Assembly (NCBI GenBank): GCA_964386565.1
Contig: CAYLRU010000007.1
Span: 39,504-103,503 of the forward strand
Origin: an uncultured Desulfobacteraceae bacterium
GTDB lineage: Bacteria > Desulfobacterota > Desulfobacteria > Desulfobacterales > UBA5616
Direction of reading: 5' to 3'
Length of the DNA stretch: 64,000 bases
In this document: positions 46,512-55,971 of the stretch, piece after piece
Position numbering within the stretch: position 1 is the stretch's first letter
How the letters are laid out: each line of letters opens with the position of its first letter
Program-made: the position numbers and the translations under genes
Notes under the pieces: model-generated
What the model was told of the DNA's origin: nothing
The model's input: only the letters and a program-made list of their open reading frames with translations
Database searches by the model: none

Positions 46512-47762
46512 TCAGCCGCTGCTTTTTGCCAACACCGATTGGGGGATTGGTTTCATGAAAACGGCGATCAGTCCGCAAACCAGCATCAAAGGAATAAAGA
46601 AGTAAAAAACAGGCAGATAAGAGTTATAGGCATCGAAAATATAACCTGCGCCCACCGGTCCGATGGCCCCGCCGATGGTACCCATGATGTTCAAAATACC
46701 GTACAGGGTGGCAAAATTCTTCACACCCAGATAATCTCCGGTCAACAAGGGGTTTATGACCAGGGGGGCACCGCATGCGAAGCCGTATATGCTGGCGAAA
46801 ACCAGCACAACCCAATACGGACTGGCAAAAATGAGAAACCCGATGGAGATTGAAAACAAAACACATGAAATGGCCATGGCGACTTTGGCACCCCATCGAT
46901 CCGCCAGTGGACCAAAAGCGATCTTCCCGAGAACCATGGCCCCCATCACCAAGCTCCAGGCAAAAGCCGCCCGCGTGGGTGAATGGCCCAGATCGGTCAG
47001 GTAGGCAACGCAATGGTTGCCCAGACCGCCATAGGCCACGGAAAGAATCAGCATGATGGCGGCAATCTGCCAGAACACCTTCAAAGAAAAAGCATCCTTG
47101 ACACCGACACCCCGGACTTCATCTGCTGATGCATCTTCCGATTTTCCCTGTTGATAGGGCTTCAGGCCCATTTCCACGGGATGGGTTCGGATGACAAAAA
47201 GAATCAGAGGAATCACCACGATTAAAATGGTGCTGCCGCTTGCGACAAATGCGGTCCGCCACCCGTAATTCAGGATAATCCAGTTGGCCACCGGCGACAT
47301 GACCATACCGCCGAAACTTGTACCCACAAAAGCGGCGCTCATGGCTGCTCCGCGGCGTGAGATGAACCAGTTCGAGATGAGGAGAGAACAGGGAATGATG
47401 GTGGAACACATTAACCCGAGACCGATGCATCCGAAAAGAACATACAAATGCCACAGCTCGGTAATCCGGCTTTCGATAATAATGCTGATACCCACCACGG
47501 CCGCGCCGATGGCCATCACCTTTTTAGCGCCGATTCGATCAATCACGGTGCCTGCCACCGGCGAGGCAATGGCGGAAACCACGGATCCCACCAGAAGGGC
47601 CACAGCCAACTCCCCTCTTCCCCAATTCATGCTTTCGGCGATGGGTTTTAAGAAAACGGGAAAGGTATTAAAAACCATTCCCCAGAGAAAAAAAAGAATG
47701 AAAAAACAGGCGGCGGTAATGTAAAAACCATAAAAGAACCGTGGTGAGCGTGGAGAATTCAT
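46512..47762 (-). CDS. MFS transporter (oxalate/formate-antiporter- or monocarboxylate-like)
   Basis: 12 TM segments. Block PVAGTVIDRIGAKKVM. ATG start at 47762. Confidence 0.85.
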   Translation of the reverse strand: MNSPRSPRFFYGFYITAACFFILFFLWGMVFNTFPVFLKPIAESMNWGRGELAVALLVGSVVSAIASPVAGTVIDRIGAKKVMAIGAAVVGISIIIESRITELWHLYVLFGCIGLGLMCSTIIPCSLLISNWFISRRGAAMSAAFVGTSFGGMVMSPVANWIILNYGWRTAFVASGSTILIVVIPLILFVIRTHPVEMGLKPYQQGKSEDASADEVRGVGVKDAFSLKVFWQIAAIMLILSVAYGGLGNHCVAYLTDLGHSPTRAAFAWSLVMGAMVLGKIAFGPLADRWGAKVAMAISCVLFSISIGFLIFASPYWVVLVFASIYGFACGAPLVINPLLTGDYLGVKNFATLYGILNIMGTIGGAIGPVGAGYIFDAYNSYLPVFYFFIPLMLVCGLIAVFMKPIPQSVLAKSSG

Positions 47763-47863
47763 AAGCAAAAGACTCCCTTCTGACGGTTACACGTTAAAAT
47801 CCCGAACCCATACGCCTCGTTTACAATTCACGATATACGCCCAATATCCAAACGCCTGATTCC

Positions 47864-49549
47864 CTATCCCCGGTTCACTTCCCCCGGCCCCTTGCCCTCC
47901 GTCCTGACTTCCAGGACATACGGCTTGTTCCGGTCAAGCGCTTCCAGTATGGCCGGTTTGATATCATCCGGCCGGGTGATGCTTTTGCCGTCCACCCCCA
48001 TGCTGCGGGCAAGTCCGACAAAATCCAGGGGCGGATCCTGAAAATCCATGAATGCATACGGTGTTTCGGTCTTGATGTTCTGGAGGGTGATATATCGATG
48101 CATGTTATATTTCAGGATTCTGTAGCCCTGGTTGCTCAAGATGATATATACTACCGGGATGTCGTGACTTGCGGCAGTCCAGAAACTCTGGACGGTGTAC
48201 ATGGCTGAACCATCGCCCACCAATGCGATAACCGGATGATCAGGCTTCGCCAGCTTGACGCCCAGAGCCCCCGGCAGCCCCTGGCCGATACCACCGCCGT
48301 GATTTCCGAACAGGGTGCCCGGCCGTTCAAAGGGAATCGACGAAATCAGGTCTATATAGGCGGTAATCGCCTCATTATAGATGATCGCGTTTTCCGGCAG
48401 GCAGGCTTTCAGGTCCGCCATCAGGCGGACCGGAGCAATAGGAATGTTGTTCCACCGTTTTTCAGTGTTCTCGACAAACACCCTGTCCACAATCTTTTTC
48501 TGCTCCGCCATTTCCGCACACCGTTTTTCAGCACCCTGCCTGCCGTTCCTGGTCATTTGCTCCGCCACACGTTGTTCAAGCAATGCCAATCCCTGTTTGG
48601 GATTTGCCAAAATACCGACATCCACCGGAATGTTTTTACCGATTTCCCATGATGCATCATCAAGATGAATCAGCTTGCAGTGGTCCGGAAGGGGGGATCC
48701 CTCTGCATAAAACACCGCATCAAAAAGCCGGGCGCCCACTGCAAGGATCACATCTGTATTGCCGAGCATTTGGCGGGTAATGGGAGCTTCTCCGGGAAGC
48801 AGGCCTTTAAACTGGGGATGGGATGTGGGGAAATTCAATGCTCCCATCATCAGGGTATTCCAGACCGGCGCCCCCAACGTTTCCGCCAGCCGAACAAGCT
48901 CTTCCTGGGCATTGGCCGCAGACACACCGTCACCGCAAATGATGCCCGGGGCCGCTGCATTTGCCAGAATGTCCGCCGCAGCATCAACGGCCTCGGGACT
49001 CGGGCGGACATCGCGATGGAAAACACCCAAATCCGGTATGTCCATAAATGCCTCATCATCCAGGACATCTCCCGGAAGAGCCACGAACACGGGGCCCCGG
49101 GGCGGGTCCTGGGCGATTTTAAACGCTCGGGACATGATCAGGGGGATGTCTTTGGTATGCTGAATTTGAACCGCCCACTTGGTTAAAGGTTTGGCCATGG
49201 CCACCAAGTCATGGGAAAGCAGGGGCTCATGAATCAGCATCCGGCTGTCCTGCTGTCCCGCGGTAACCACCAGGGGCATCCTGCCCATGGCGGCGTTATA
49301 CAAGGACCCCATGGCGTTTCCCAGGCCCGGCGCCACGTGTAGATTCACCACGCCCGTCTCACCCGAAGCATTGGCGTACATATGGGCCATGGTCAATGCC
49401 ACCGCTTCCTGAAGGGCCAGGATATATCGTATTTGCGGGTGCCCGTGGAGCGCCGTGATCAGGCCGAATTCCGTGGTTCCCGGATTTCCGAATACGTATT
49501 TTACACCCTGCTTTTCCAGAATCTTTATTAACGCTTCCCGTCCCTTCAT
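47864..49549 (-). CDS. Thiamine-diphosphate enzyme, benzoylformate-decarboxylase-like
   Basis: Blocks VFGNPGTTEFGLI...RYILALQEAVA...NLHVAPGLGNAMGSLYNA...VVTAGQQ...PLTKWAVQ parallel the MdlC blocks (FGNPGSNELPFL, RYILALQEA, TAGQQ, PLVKWSYE). ThDP motif GDGSAMY...N. Confidence 0.8.
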   Translation of the reverse strand: MKGREALIKILEKQGVKYVFGNPGTTEFGLITALHGHPQIRYILALQEAVALTMAHMYANASGETGVVNLHVAPGLGNAMGSLYNAAMGRMPLVVTAGQQDSRMLIHEPLLSHDLVAMAKPLTKWAVQIQHTKDIPLIMSRAFKIAQDPPRGPVFVALPGDVLDDEAFMDIPDLGVFHRDVRPSPEAVDAAADILANAAAPGIICGDGVSAANAQEELVRLAETLGAPVWNTLMMGALNFPTSHPQFKGLLPGEAPITRQMLGNTDVILAVGARLFDAVFYAEGSPLPDHCKLIHLDDASWEIGKNIPVDVGILANPKQGLALLEQRVAEQMTRNGRQGAEKRCAEMAEQKKIVDRVFVENTEKRWNNIPIAPVRLMADLKACLPENAIIYNEAITAYIDLISSIPFERPGTLFGNHGGGIGQGLPGALGVKLAKPDHPVIALVGDGSAMYTVQSFWTAASHDIPVVYIILSNQGYRILKYNMHRYITLQNIKTETPYAFMDFQDPPLDFVGLARSMGVDGKSITRPDDIKPAILEALDRNKPYVLEVRTEGKGPGEVNRG

Positions 49550-49713
49550 ATTGATCCCTTTCCCTTTTAACGGCTCCGTAAAAAATATGGGAATGCCGTC
49601 TTCTGAAAATCCCGGGCTTTTATCTCAAGCCGCGATTGACCGTCAACACATCTTTTTAAAAACTTAAACCGCAATACCGTTAACCTGGTTTTGACTTCTC
49701 TCACCTTTCCCGC

Positions 49714-49833
49714 AAATCGGGCCCTGCTTTTATCTGAACCGTCAAGGTGCCAAGGGGTATTCCTGTTCTTACGAATCGAACGGACGATTCGTAAAAGGAA
49801 CCGTATTTATTCAGACTTAAGTTAATGGCATTG
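49714..49833. repeat. Intergenic mosaic repeat (families B-tail plus C), copy C1
   Basis: AAATCGGGCCCTGCTTTTATCTGAACC...TTACGAATCG-AACGGA-CGATTCGTAA (perfect 10-bp stem, 49769-49794)...GTTAATGGCATTG. Related to 54374..54462 and to the 3' part of 55560..55732. Confidence 0.55.
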
Positions 49834-49843
49834 ACTTAAAACT

Positions 49844-50677
49844 TCATAAAACCATTCCGCCGTTGGGGCTGATCACCTGTCCCACGATGTAATCGGCATC
49901 CTCCGTGGCCAGATAGACCACTGCACTGGCGATTTCATCGGGTTTTCCCATTCTTCCGATGGGTTTGCGTGAGGTAATAATGGCTTTTACTTCCGGCGTC
50001 ATGGTATCCAGCAGGGGGGTATCCACATATCCAGGCGCAACGGCATTGACCGTAATGCCGGAAGCGATGACTTCCAGGGCTACGGACTTGGTAAAAGCGA
50101 TAATCGCGCCCTTGGCGGCGGAATAAGAAGGAGCGCCGGGGCATCCCTGCATGCCGCAAATCGACGCCATGTTGATAATCTTTCCGCTTCTCTTTTCTTC
50201 CATTATTTTCAATGCTTCACGCGTGCAATAAAAGGTGCCGTTTAAATGAATATTTATCATGGAATGCCAGTATTCATCTTTGAGAGATGATGTGATCCGC
50301 ATACCGTCCTGGGCCTTGCCCAGTGTCACCACCTCTTCTGCCATTCTTAGATATGTGGCATTGACTTTATCCGTATAATCCGACCAGTTGGGAAATGCAC
50401 TGATCCCCGCGTTGTTTACCAGGATATCGATTGTTCCCCATTGGGATTTCAGTTTTACGAACATTTCCTTAACCTGATCGACGTTTCCCACATCCGCCTG
50501 AAGGCCGATGCCCTGTGCCCCTTTTTCCTTAAGGGCGGAAAGGGTATTTTCGATTCCCTGGGGATTGATGTCGTTGACGGCGATTTTCGCCCCTTCGCCA
50601 GCCATCTGCAGGGCAATGGCTTTTCCAAACCCGGAACCCGCACCGGTAATCAAGGACACTTTATCTTTAAGCTTCAT
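49844..50677 (-). CDS. Short-chain dehydrogenase/reductase (FabG-like)
   Basis: Blocks TGAGSGFGKA, NNAG and YSAAKGA. Confidence 0.9.
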   Translation of the reverse strand: MKLKDKVSLITGAGSGFGKAIALQMAGEGAKIAVNDINPQGIENTLSALKEKGAQGIGLQADVGNVDQVKEMFVKLKSQWGTIDILVNNAGISAFPNWSDYTDKVNATYLRMAEEVVTLGKAQDGMRITSSLKDEYWHSMINIHLNGTFYCTREALKIMEEKRSGKIINMASICGMQGCPGAPSYSAAKGAIIAFTKSVALEVIASGITVNAVAPGYVDTPLLDTMTPEVKAIITSRKPIGRMGKPDEIASAVVYLATEDADYIVGQVISPNGGMVL

Positions 50678-51035
50678 TTAAAACTCCTTTCGTTGGAAAG
50701 CCTTTGGATTATTGGATTTGTCATATAAAACAGCTTGTTTTTCTTCGGTTTTTAAGGTCTGGGAATATCGCACCCCTGCCGACGTTTTGTAGAGGCAGAT
50801 GGCAAATCGCCGGAATGATTGCACACCTTATAGCGAATTTCGGTGAAGAATACAAACCCAATATGCACTTTTAAGGCAGCGAATTTACAATCAGAATCAT
50901 GTTTGACAATCCCGAACAACAATTAGTGCGATTGGTTATTTTTTGTTTGACAATCCAACAGAAACATTATCATCTAAGCCATTTTGCTGGATTGCGGTAT
51001 TGCATCCCCTTTTCTATCATTACAGGAAAATATAA

Positions 51036-52304
51036 ATGACATCTTCACCCCGAAAGCCCGGATTTTACGGCTGGAAAAATGTAGCGGTTCTTTTTTTCAT
51101 TTATATGTTTACACTGGGCATGGTGTTTTACGGCTACTCCGCCATTTTCCCGGCCATGATCAAGGCCATGGGCTGGAACAGGGGCACGGCATCCATTGCG
51201 TATACCATCAACATGCTGCTCAGCGGCACCCTGATCCCCCTGGTGGCATTCTCCATCAACAAAATCGGAACCCGCAAGACCATCCGTATCGGACTGGTTT
51301 TACTGTTGATCAGCGCCGCACTTTTAGCGACTGTTACATCGCGGATGTGGCAATGGATTGTTTTATGGGGCATATTCGGCGGGCTGGGATTTGCTTTTGC
51401 AGGCCTCGTCTCGGTTCAGACACCGCTGATGTACTGGTTTAATGTCAACAGGGCCACGGCCATCGGCATCGTGATGACCGGTGCTCCGGCCGGGGGATTC
51501 ATTGCCCAGCCGTTTTACACATGGCTCATCGGCCAAACCCACACCTGGCGGTCAGGATGGCTGGTCGGAACCGGTTTTTTATTATCCGCACTGGCCCTTT
51601 CCTTTTTGATTGTCAATACGCCCAAAGACATGGGCCAGCATTCCGACGGGATTGACCCTGAAAAAAGCATGACACCCGAAATCACTAAAAAAGCCACTGC
51701 CCGCACCTATCGGACCCAGGACACATGGCTGTTAAACGAGGTGATCAGAACGCCGGCATTCTGGCTGGTAATCGTCTTCTGGATCAGCCATGTGATGCCC
51801 ATCATTCTCATGACCAGTCATGGCGTGCTTCATTTTACGGATTCGGGTTTTTCATCCATGCAGGCCGCTTCCATCCTGAGTCTTTTGATCATGGCCAGTG
51901 CCATTTCCCGGTTCCCTTCGGGTTGGCTGGGAGACCGGATTGAACCCCGATGGATCATTACAGCATCCATGGCAGGCATGTTCATCGCCTACATCGGCCT
52001 GTGGAGATTAACCGATTATCCGCTCATCATTGTTTCAGCCCTGGTTTACGGGCTTTGCCACGGATCCCAGCTCATCATGTTTCCATCATTGATCGGCAAT
52101 TATTTCGGTCCGGATCGTTTTACCGCCATCAACGGGGTCATCGCCCCCCTTTCCATCGGATTCAGTGCCGTCGTGCCGGTAGGCGGGGGATATATTTTCG
52201 AGAAAACAGGGAATTACAATGCCGCCTTCATTACGCTGATATTTCTGCTGATGATCGGCTTCACGGCGTCATTATTCCTGGCACCACCGGTCAGGAAAAA
52301 ATAA
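51036..52304 (+). CDS. MFS transporter (same subfamily type as 46512..47762)
   Basis: 12 TM segments. It has a similar N-terminal architecture (GFYGWKNVAVLFFIYMF...). Confidence 0.85.
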   Translation: MTSSPRKPGFYGWKNVAVLFFIYMFTLGMVFYGYSAIFPAMIKAMGWNRGTASIAYTINMLLSGTLIPLVAFSINKIGTRKTIRIGLVLLLISAALLATVTSRMWQWIVLWGIFGGLGFAFAGLVSVQTPLMYWFNVNRATAIGIVMTGAPAGGFIAQPFYTWLIGQTHTWRSGWLVGTGFLLSALALSFLIVNTPKDMGQHSDGIDPEKSMTPEITKKATARTYRTQDTWLLNEVIRTPAFWLVIVFWISHVMPIILMTSHGVLHFTDSGFSSMQAASILSLLIMASAISRFPSGWLGDRIEPRWIITASMAGMFIAYIGLWRLTDYPLIIVSALVYGLCHGSQLIMFPSLIGNYFGPDRFTAINGVIAPLSIGFSAVVPVGGGYIFEKTGNYNAAFITLIFLLMIGFTASLFLAPPVRKK

Positions 52305-52347
52305 CATTTTTCACTTTTTCGCATAGAAAAACGGGATAAAATCGGTT

Positions 52348-53340
52348 TCATTCCCCTTTGATTACTTTTTGTAAAAGCGTTCTGTAATAGGCATAATTTT
52401 CAAACCGGACATCCTCCCTGACACGTCCGTCAGCCAGGGGGATATATCCGCCCTGTTCAAGAAGCGGCGGCACTTTTTCCATGATTTCACGATAAACAGC
52501 GTCCTTTCCGTGCCTCAGCGCATCCAGATCGATTCCGCCGATCAGTCGCAAATCTCTGCCGAACTCTTTTCGAATCGACCGGTAGTCCATGGCCTCGCAA
52601 TTGACCTCGCACGCCCATAAACAGGTAAATCCCCATTTTATGATACTTGGAATCAGAATCCGTGAGTTGGCATAAGTCCTGAAAATAATGGTCTTCACGC
52701 CGTGTTGCCGTAAAACATCCATAACCGGGGTGTAACTTCTTAACACCAGGTCCTCATACATTTTCGGCGAAATCAACGGTTTGTCGTTTCCGCCGATGGG
52801 CTCGCTGAATATGGCGGCATCCACCTCAACCTCTTTTAAAACCCGTTTTGCCAGGTCGGCGCAAAACTGTCCCTGGATTATCATGATCTGCCTGACGACA
52901 TCGGGCTGATCCACGATGAGATCCATGACATCTTTAAACCTGTCCCAGGTCTGAACGCCCATGGTCAGAAACAGGCCGCGGTGGATTCTCAACATCTTCA
53001 CGGCGCCATCGTCCGGGGCGGATGATAAAAACTCAGGCCAGTCCACGGGCAGACGTCCCGAACCTTCCGGGTTAAGCCGTCTCCGAAAATCCGCCAGGTC
53101 CGATCCGGTCTTGGGCAACTTTTCAATCTCCGGCTTGGGGTCCAGGTCCAGGATAATTTCCCGACGCCGGTCTGAAGGGAACAACCGGCCCAGATCCGAT
53201 CCTTTGGCCAATCCCTGGCCGTACCAAGCCTCCAGCACCTCATCCCGTATCCCTTCCTCAAAATAAGGGACATGGTCGGGTGTCTCGAATTTCATCGTTT
53301 GCCGGAATCTTTCACGGCTTGCCATTTTATTTTTTGACAT
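52348..53340 (-). CDS. Uroporphyrinogen-decarboxylase (URO-D) family protein, MtaA/CmuA-like
   Basis: The N-terminus RERFRQTMKFETPDHVPYFE and the TIM-barrel-length protein resemble URO-D-family proteins of anaerobes. The assignment is from memory. Confidence 0.5.
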   Translation of the reverse strand: MSKNKMASRERFRQTMKFETPDHVPYFEEGIRDEVLEAWYGQGLAKGSDLGRLFPSDRRREIILDLDPKPEIEKLPKTGSDLADFRRRLNPEGSGRLPVDWPEFLSSAPDDGAVKMLRIHRGLFLTMGVQTWDRFKDVMDLIVDQPDVVRQIMIIQGQFCADLAKRVLKEVEVDAAIFSEPIGGNDKPLISPKMYEDLVLRSYTPVMDVLRQHGVKTIIFRTYANSRILIPSIIKWGFTCLWACEVNCEAMDYRSIRKEFGRDLRLIGGIDLDALRHGKDAVYREIMEKVPPLLEQGGYIPLADGRVREDVRFENYAYYRTLLQKVIKGE

Positions 53341-53423
53341 GACAAAAACGATACAAGGGGTTACAGCGTCAAGCACTGAAAAAACGTATTTAAAACCGCG
53401 AGTTGAAGGTCATGAATCGACTC

Positions 53424-54329
53424 TTAACGCGATTCAGTATTCTTGGGATCCACATGAACAATGACCTTGTCCACCTGACCGATCTCCTCGTATATGCAGG
53501 CTTCCACCGACTTTGCGATTTCATGCCCCTGGGTTACGCTTAAACGCCCGTCCACGACAATATGGATTTCCATCTGATACTGTCCGGCCAGACTTCGGAC
53601 CCTCAAGTCGTGTGTACCGATAACGCCATCCACGGACAACGAGCAGGCCTTTATTTTATGCAATACATCGGGCGGCGGGGCTGCGTCTGAAATTTCCGTC
53701 AAGGTTTTTTTAAGAATATCCACCCCCACTTTGACAATAAAAAAAGATACGATCAACGCGGCTACCGCATCCAGAATATGCCAGGACGGGTTTATCCTGG
53801 CCCCGGTGATCCCGACCAATACCGCTACCGATGACAGGGCATCTGATCGATGATGCCATGCATTGGCAATGATGAGCTGACTCTTGATACGTTTTCCGAT
53901 ATAAACGGAATATCGATACAGCGCCTCCTTGAATATAATGGAAACGCCCGCCCCGGTTATCGCCAGAAAAGTGGGGTGATATTCCGTATGCCGATAAATG
54001 TTGATCAACGCCCCGCCGCCCAGATAAACAGCCGTAGCGACAAGAGCCAAACCGATAGAGGCGGATGCCAAGGTTTCTATTTTGCCGTGTCCGAAATGAT
54101 GATCCTTGTCAGGGGGCTTCTGACCGATTTGCAGACCGAACAGCACCACGGCATCGGTAAACAGGTCGGAAACCGAGTGCACCGCATCTGCAACCAGGGC
54201 CTGGCTGTGACCGAAAATACCGGCCAACATCTTTAAAACGATTAATAATCCATTGACAAAGATGCCGACTACCGTAACGGACCTGGCTGAATCCAATGGT
54301 TTTTTTTCATGACCGGTCATATTAAACAC
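53424..54329 (-). CDS. Cation diffusion facilitator (CDF) transporter
   Basis: Blocks HSVSDLFTD and HHRSDALSS, with a C-terminal cytoplasmic domain. Confidence 0.9.
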   Translation of the reverse strand: MFNMTGHEKKPLDSARSVTVVGIFVNGLLIVLKMLAGIFGHSQALVADAVHSVSDLFTDAVVLFGLQIGQKPPDKDHHFGHGKIETLASASIGLALVATAVYLGGGALINIYRHTEYHPTFLAITGAGVSIIFKEALYRYSVYIGKRIKSQLIIANAWHHRSDALSSVAVLVGITGARINPSWHILDAVAALIVSFFIVKVGVDILKKTLTEISDAAPPPDVLHKIKACSLSVDGVIGTHDLRVRSLAGQYQMEIHIVVDGRLSVTQGHEIAKSVEACIYEEIGQVDKVIVHVDPKNTESR

Positions 54330-54373
54330 GTGGTGGTTCCCTGTAAGATTTTGTTTTTTTGGGTTGGACCGTT

Positions 54374-54462
54374 AAATCGCCGAGCTTTTATATTTTTACG
54401 AATCAGGACGAATGAGTCGTAAAAGAAGGCCGTAATGATTCCGGCTAAAGTTCATGACATTG
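54374..54462. repeat. Intergenic mosaic repeat, copy C2
   Basis: AAATCGCCGAGCTTTTATA...TTACGAATCAGGACGAATGAGTCGTAAAAGAAGGCCGTAATGATT...GTTCATGACATTG. Confidence 0.55.
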
Positions 54463-54493
54463 TTTTGTTCATATGACACTTTCCCGCTTTTTA

Positions 54494-55536
54494 TCAATGA
54501 TAACTTTCATCCTGATTGCCTATGCCGGTTCTGTGAATTTCATCGGCAAGCCGGTTTTCACCCTCGTAATCGAAAAATACGGGGCCCATCATTTGGGAGA
54601 AAATAGGATTAGATCGTTCCCACTCAATGGTCCGGGCAAGGGCCTCGTCCAAATCCACGATTTCCGAATATCCCAGTTCTTTCCGGATCCGGGAAGAATC
54701 AACGGTTGCATCCTGGGTCGTGTCAATGCCCATCAAGGCAAAAGGGCTTATTTCAACCAGACGGTTGTGCGGCGCGATGATAATCTCTCCGCCCCAGCCC
54801 GCACAGTCCCCGATTTTTTTGACCCAGCCGATCATGGACACGGGATCCGGTTCCCCCACATTATAAATCCGGCCGGATGCCTTTTCATCGACGCATGCCA
54901 GGGCAATGGCGTGGGCCATATTTTCCACATACCCGTGGGTCCATTGCCATGCAGCCAGATAACGGCTCAGCAGAATAAACGGCCGTTTGTCGTCCATGCG
55001 TTTCAGATAAAAATAAATGCGGTGCATCATGGACCTTGGACCGTAAACCGGCGAAAGCCTTAAAATCGTGCCCGGCATTTCCGGGTCGGACATTATTACG
55101 GACTCCACCTCCAACTTGTCGTATCCGCCCATGCCCGGAAATACTTTCGTCCGAAGAGGTGAGTCCTCGGTGACGGGAACCGGCTCCACATGACCCGGCT
55201 CCAAAACAAAAAGCCGGCCGTAGGCGCGATAAACATCCGTGCCGCTGATGGCAACGATCCGCCTCGAAGTTCCCTTCAACGTCCGAATGACCCGCTCGGC
55301 GTCCATTCCGGAAAAGTGGAACATATCTTCCAAGACAATTTCCGGTGCCAAATCCCTGATCCGTGGTCCGTAATATTCAAAGTTTCTCAAATCGCCCGTG
55401 ATATGGGCGATGCAGTTTGCCTCTTCAAAATGGCCCCCCCCCTGTTAAAAAGGATAATCTCATGCCCCATGCGGCTTAAACACGTCACCACATCCCGACC
55501 GATAAACCCTGTCCCGCCGATAATGAGTATTCGCAT
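54494..55536 (-). pseudogene. NAD-dependent epimerase/dehydratase gene interrupted by a frameshift in a G9 run
   Basis: From ATG 55536 (AGGAGA RBS) the reading is MRILIIGGTGFIGRDVVTCLSRMGHEIILFNRGG, then out of frame to a TGA at 55387. The rest of the protein (HFEEANCIAHITGDLRNFEYYG...) continues in the +1 frame to 54494. Confidence 0.8.
55434..55442. repeat. Homopolymer C9 (G9 on the coding strand) at the frameshift site
   Basis: Counted directly: tggCCCCCCCCCtgtt. A G10 or G7 run would restore the reading frame. Confidence 0.95.
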
Positions 55537-55559
55537 GACCCCATTCTCCTAAACAGTGT

Positions 55560-55732
55560 CCATCCTGAAACGGCATCTTTTGGCCCGGAGCCGGGTTTTC
55601 ATTTTTTTGAATTCCTCAAAACAGCACGCTATTCCTTGCTGTCGCAGGGACGGCTCGGCCTGTTGTCACAAGGACGGCTTTACCGTTCTTTAAAATCGCT
55701 CAGATCTTAATCTGAACCGATCCCGCCAAGGC
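55560..55732. repeat. Intergenic repeat element, family B, copy B1
   Basis: GGCATCTTTTGGCCCGGAGC...GAATTCCTCAAAACAGCACGCTATTCC...AAAATCGCTCAGATCTTAATCTGAACC. Paralogous to 63317..63450. Confidence 0.6.
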
Positions 55733-55971
55733 AAACTACCCTTTATAAATGGGTACTAAGCAGGATTTTTTAATAATTTTAGGATTATATGAAAATTAAC
55801 GCTTTTCGTCAATTAAATTGCGCCTAAAAATCCCGTCTGCCGCCTTGCTAATCTCTCAAATCTGTAATATGAATTATTTGTTTATCATCTCATCGACGAT
55901 CAACTTCAACCGGACCGGGACACATCAACAGCCGCATTCAATACCGGAGAAACTTCCACAGGACGGACATC

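Noticed and set aside
43916-49549. Oxalate degradation trio (Frc formyl-CoA transferase, OxlT antiporter, Oxc oxalyl-CoA decarboxylase)
   Set aside because: The ThDP enzyme's conserved blocks follow benzoylformate decarboxylase (FGNPG..E, RYILALQEA, TAGQQ, KW) rather than Oxc as I remember it. The idea is not fully excluded, and a phylogeny would settle it.
50988-51004. Sigma-54 promoter TGGATTGCGGTATTGCA upstream of the MFS gene
   Set aside because: The GG-to-GC spacing is one nucleotide longer than in the TGGCAC-N5-TTGC consensus. No enhancer-binding protein gene is nearby.
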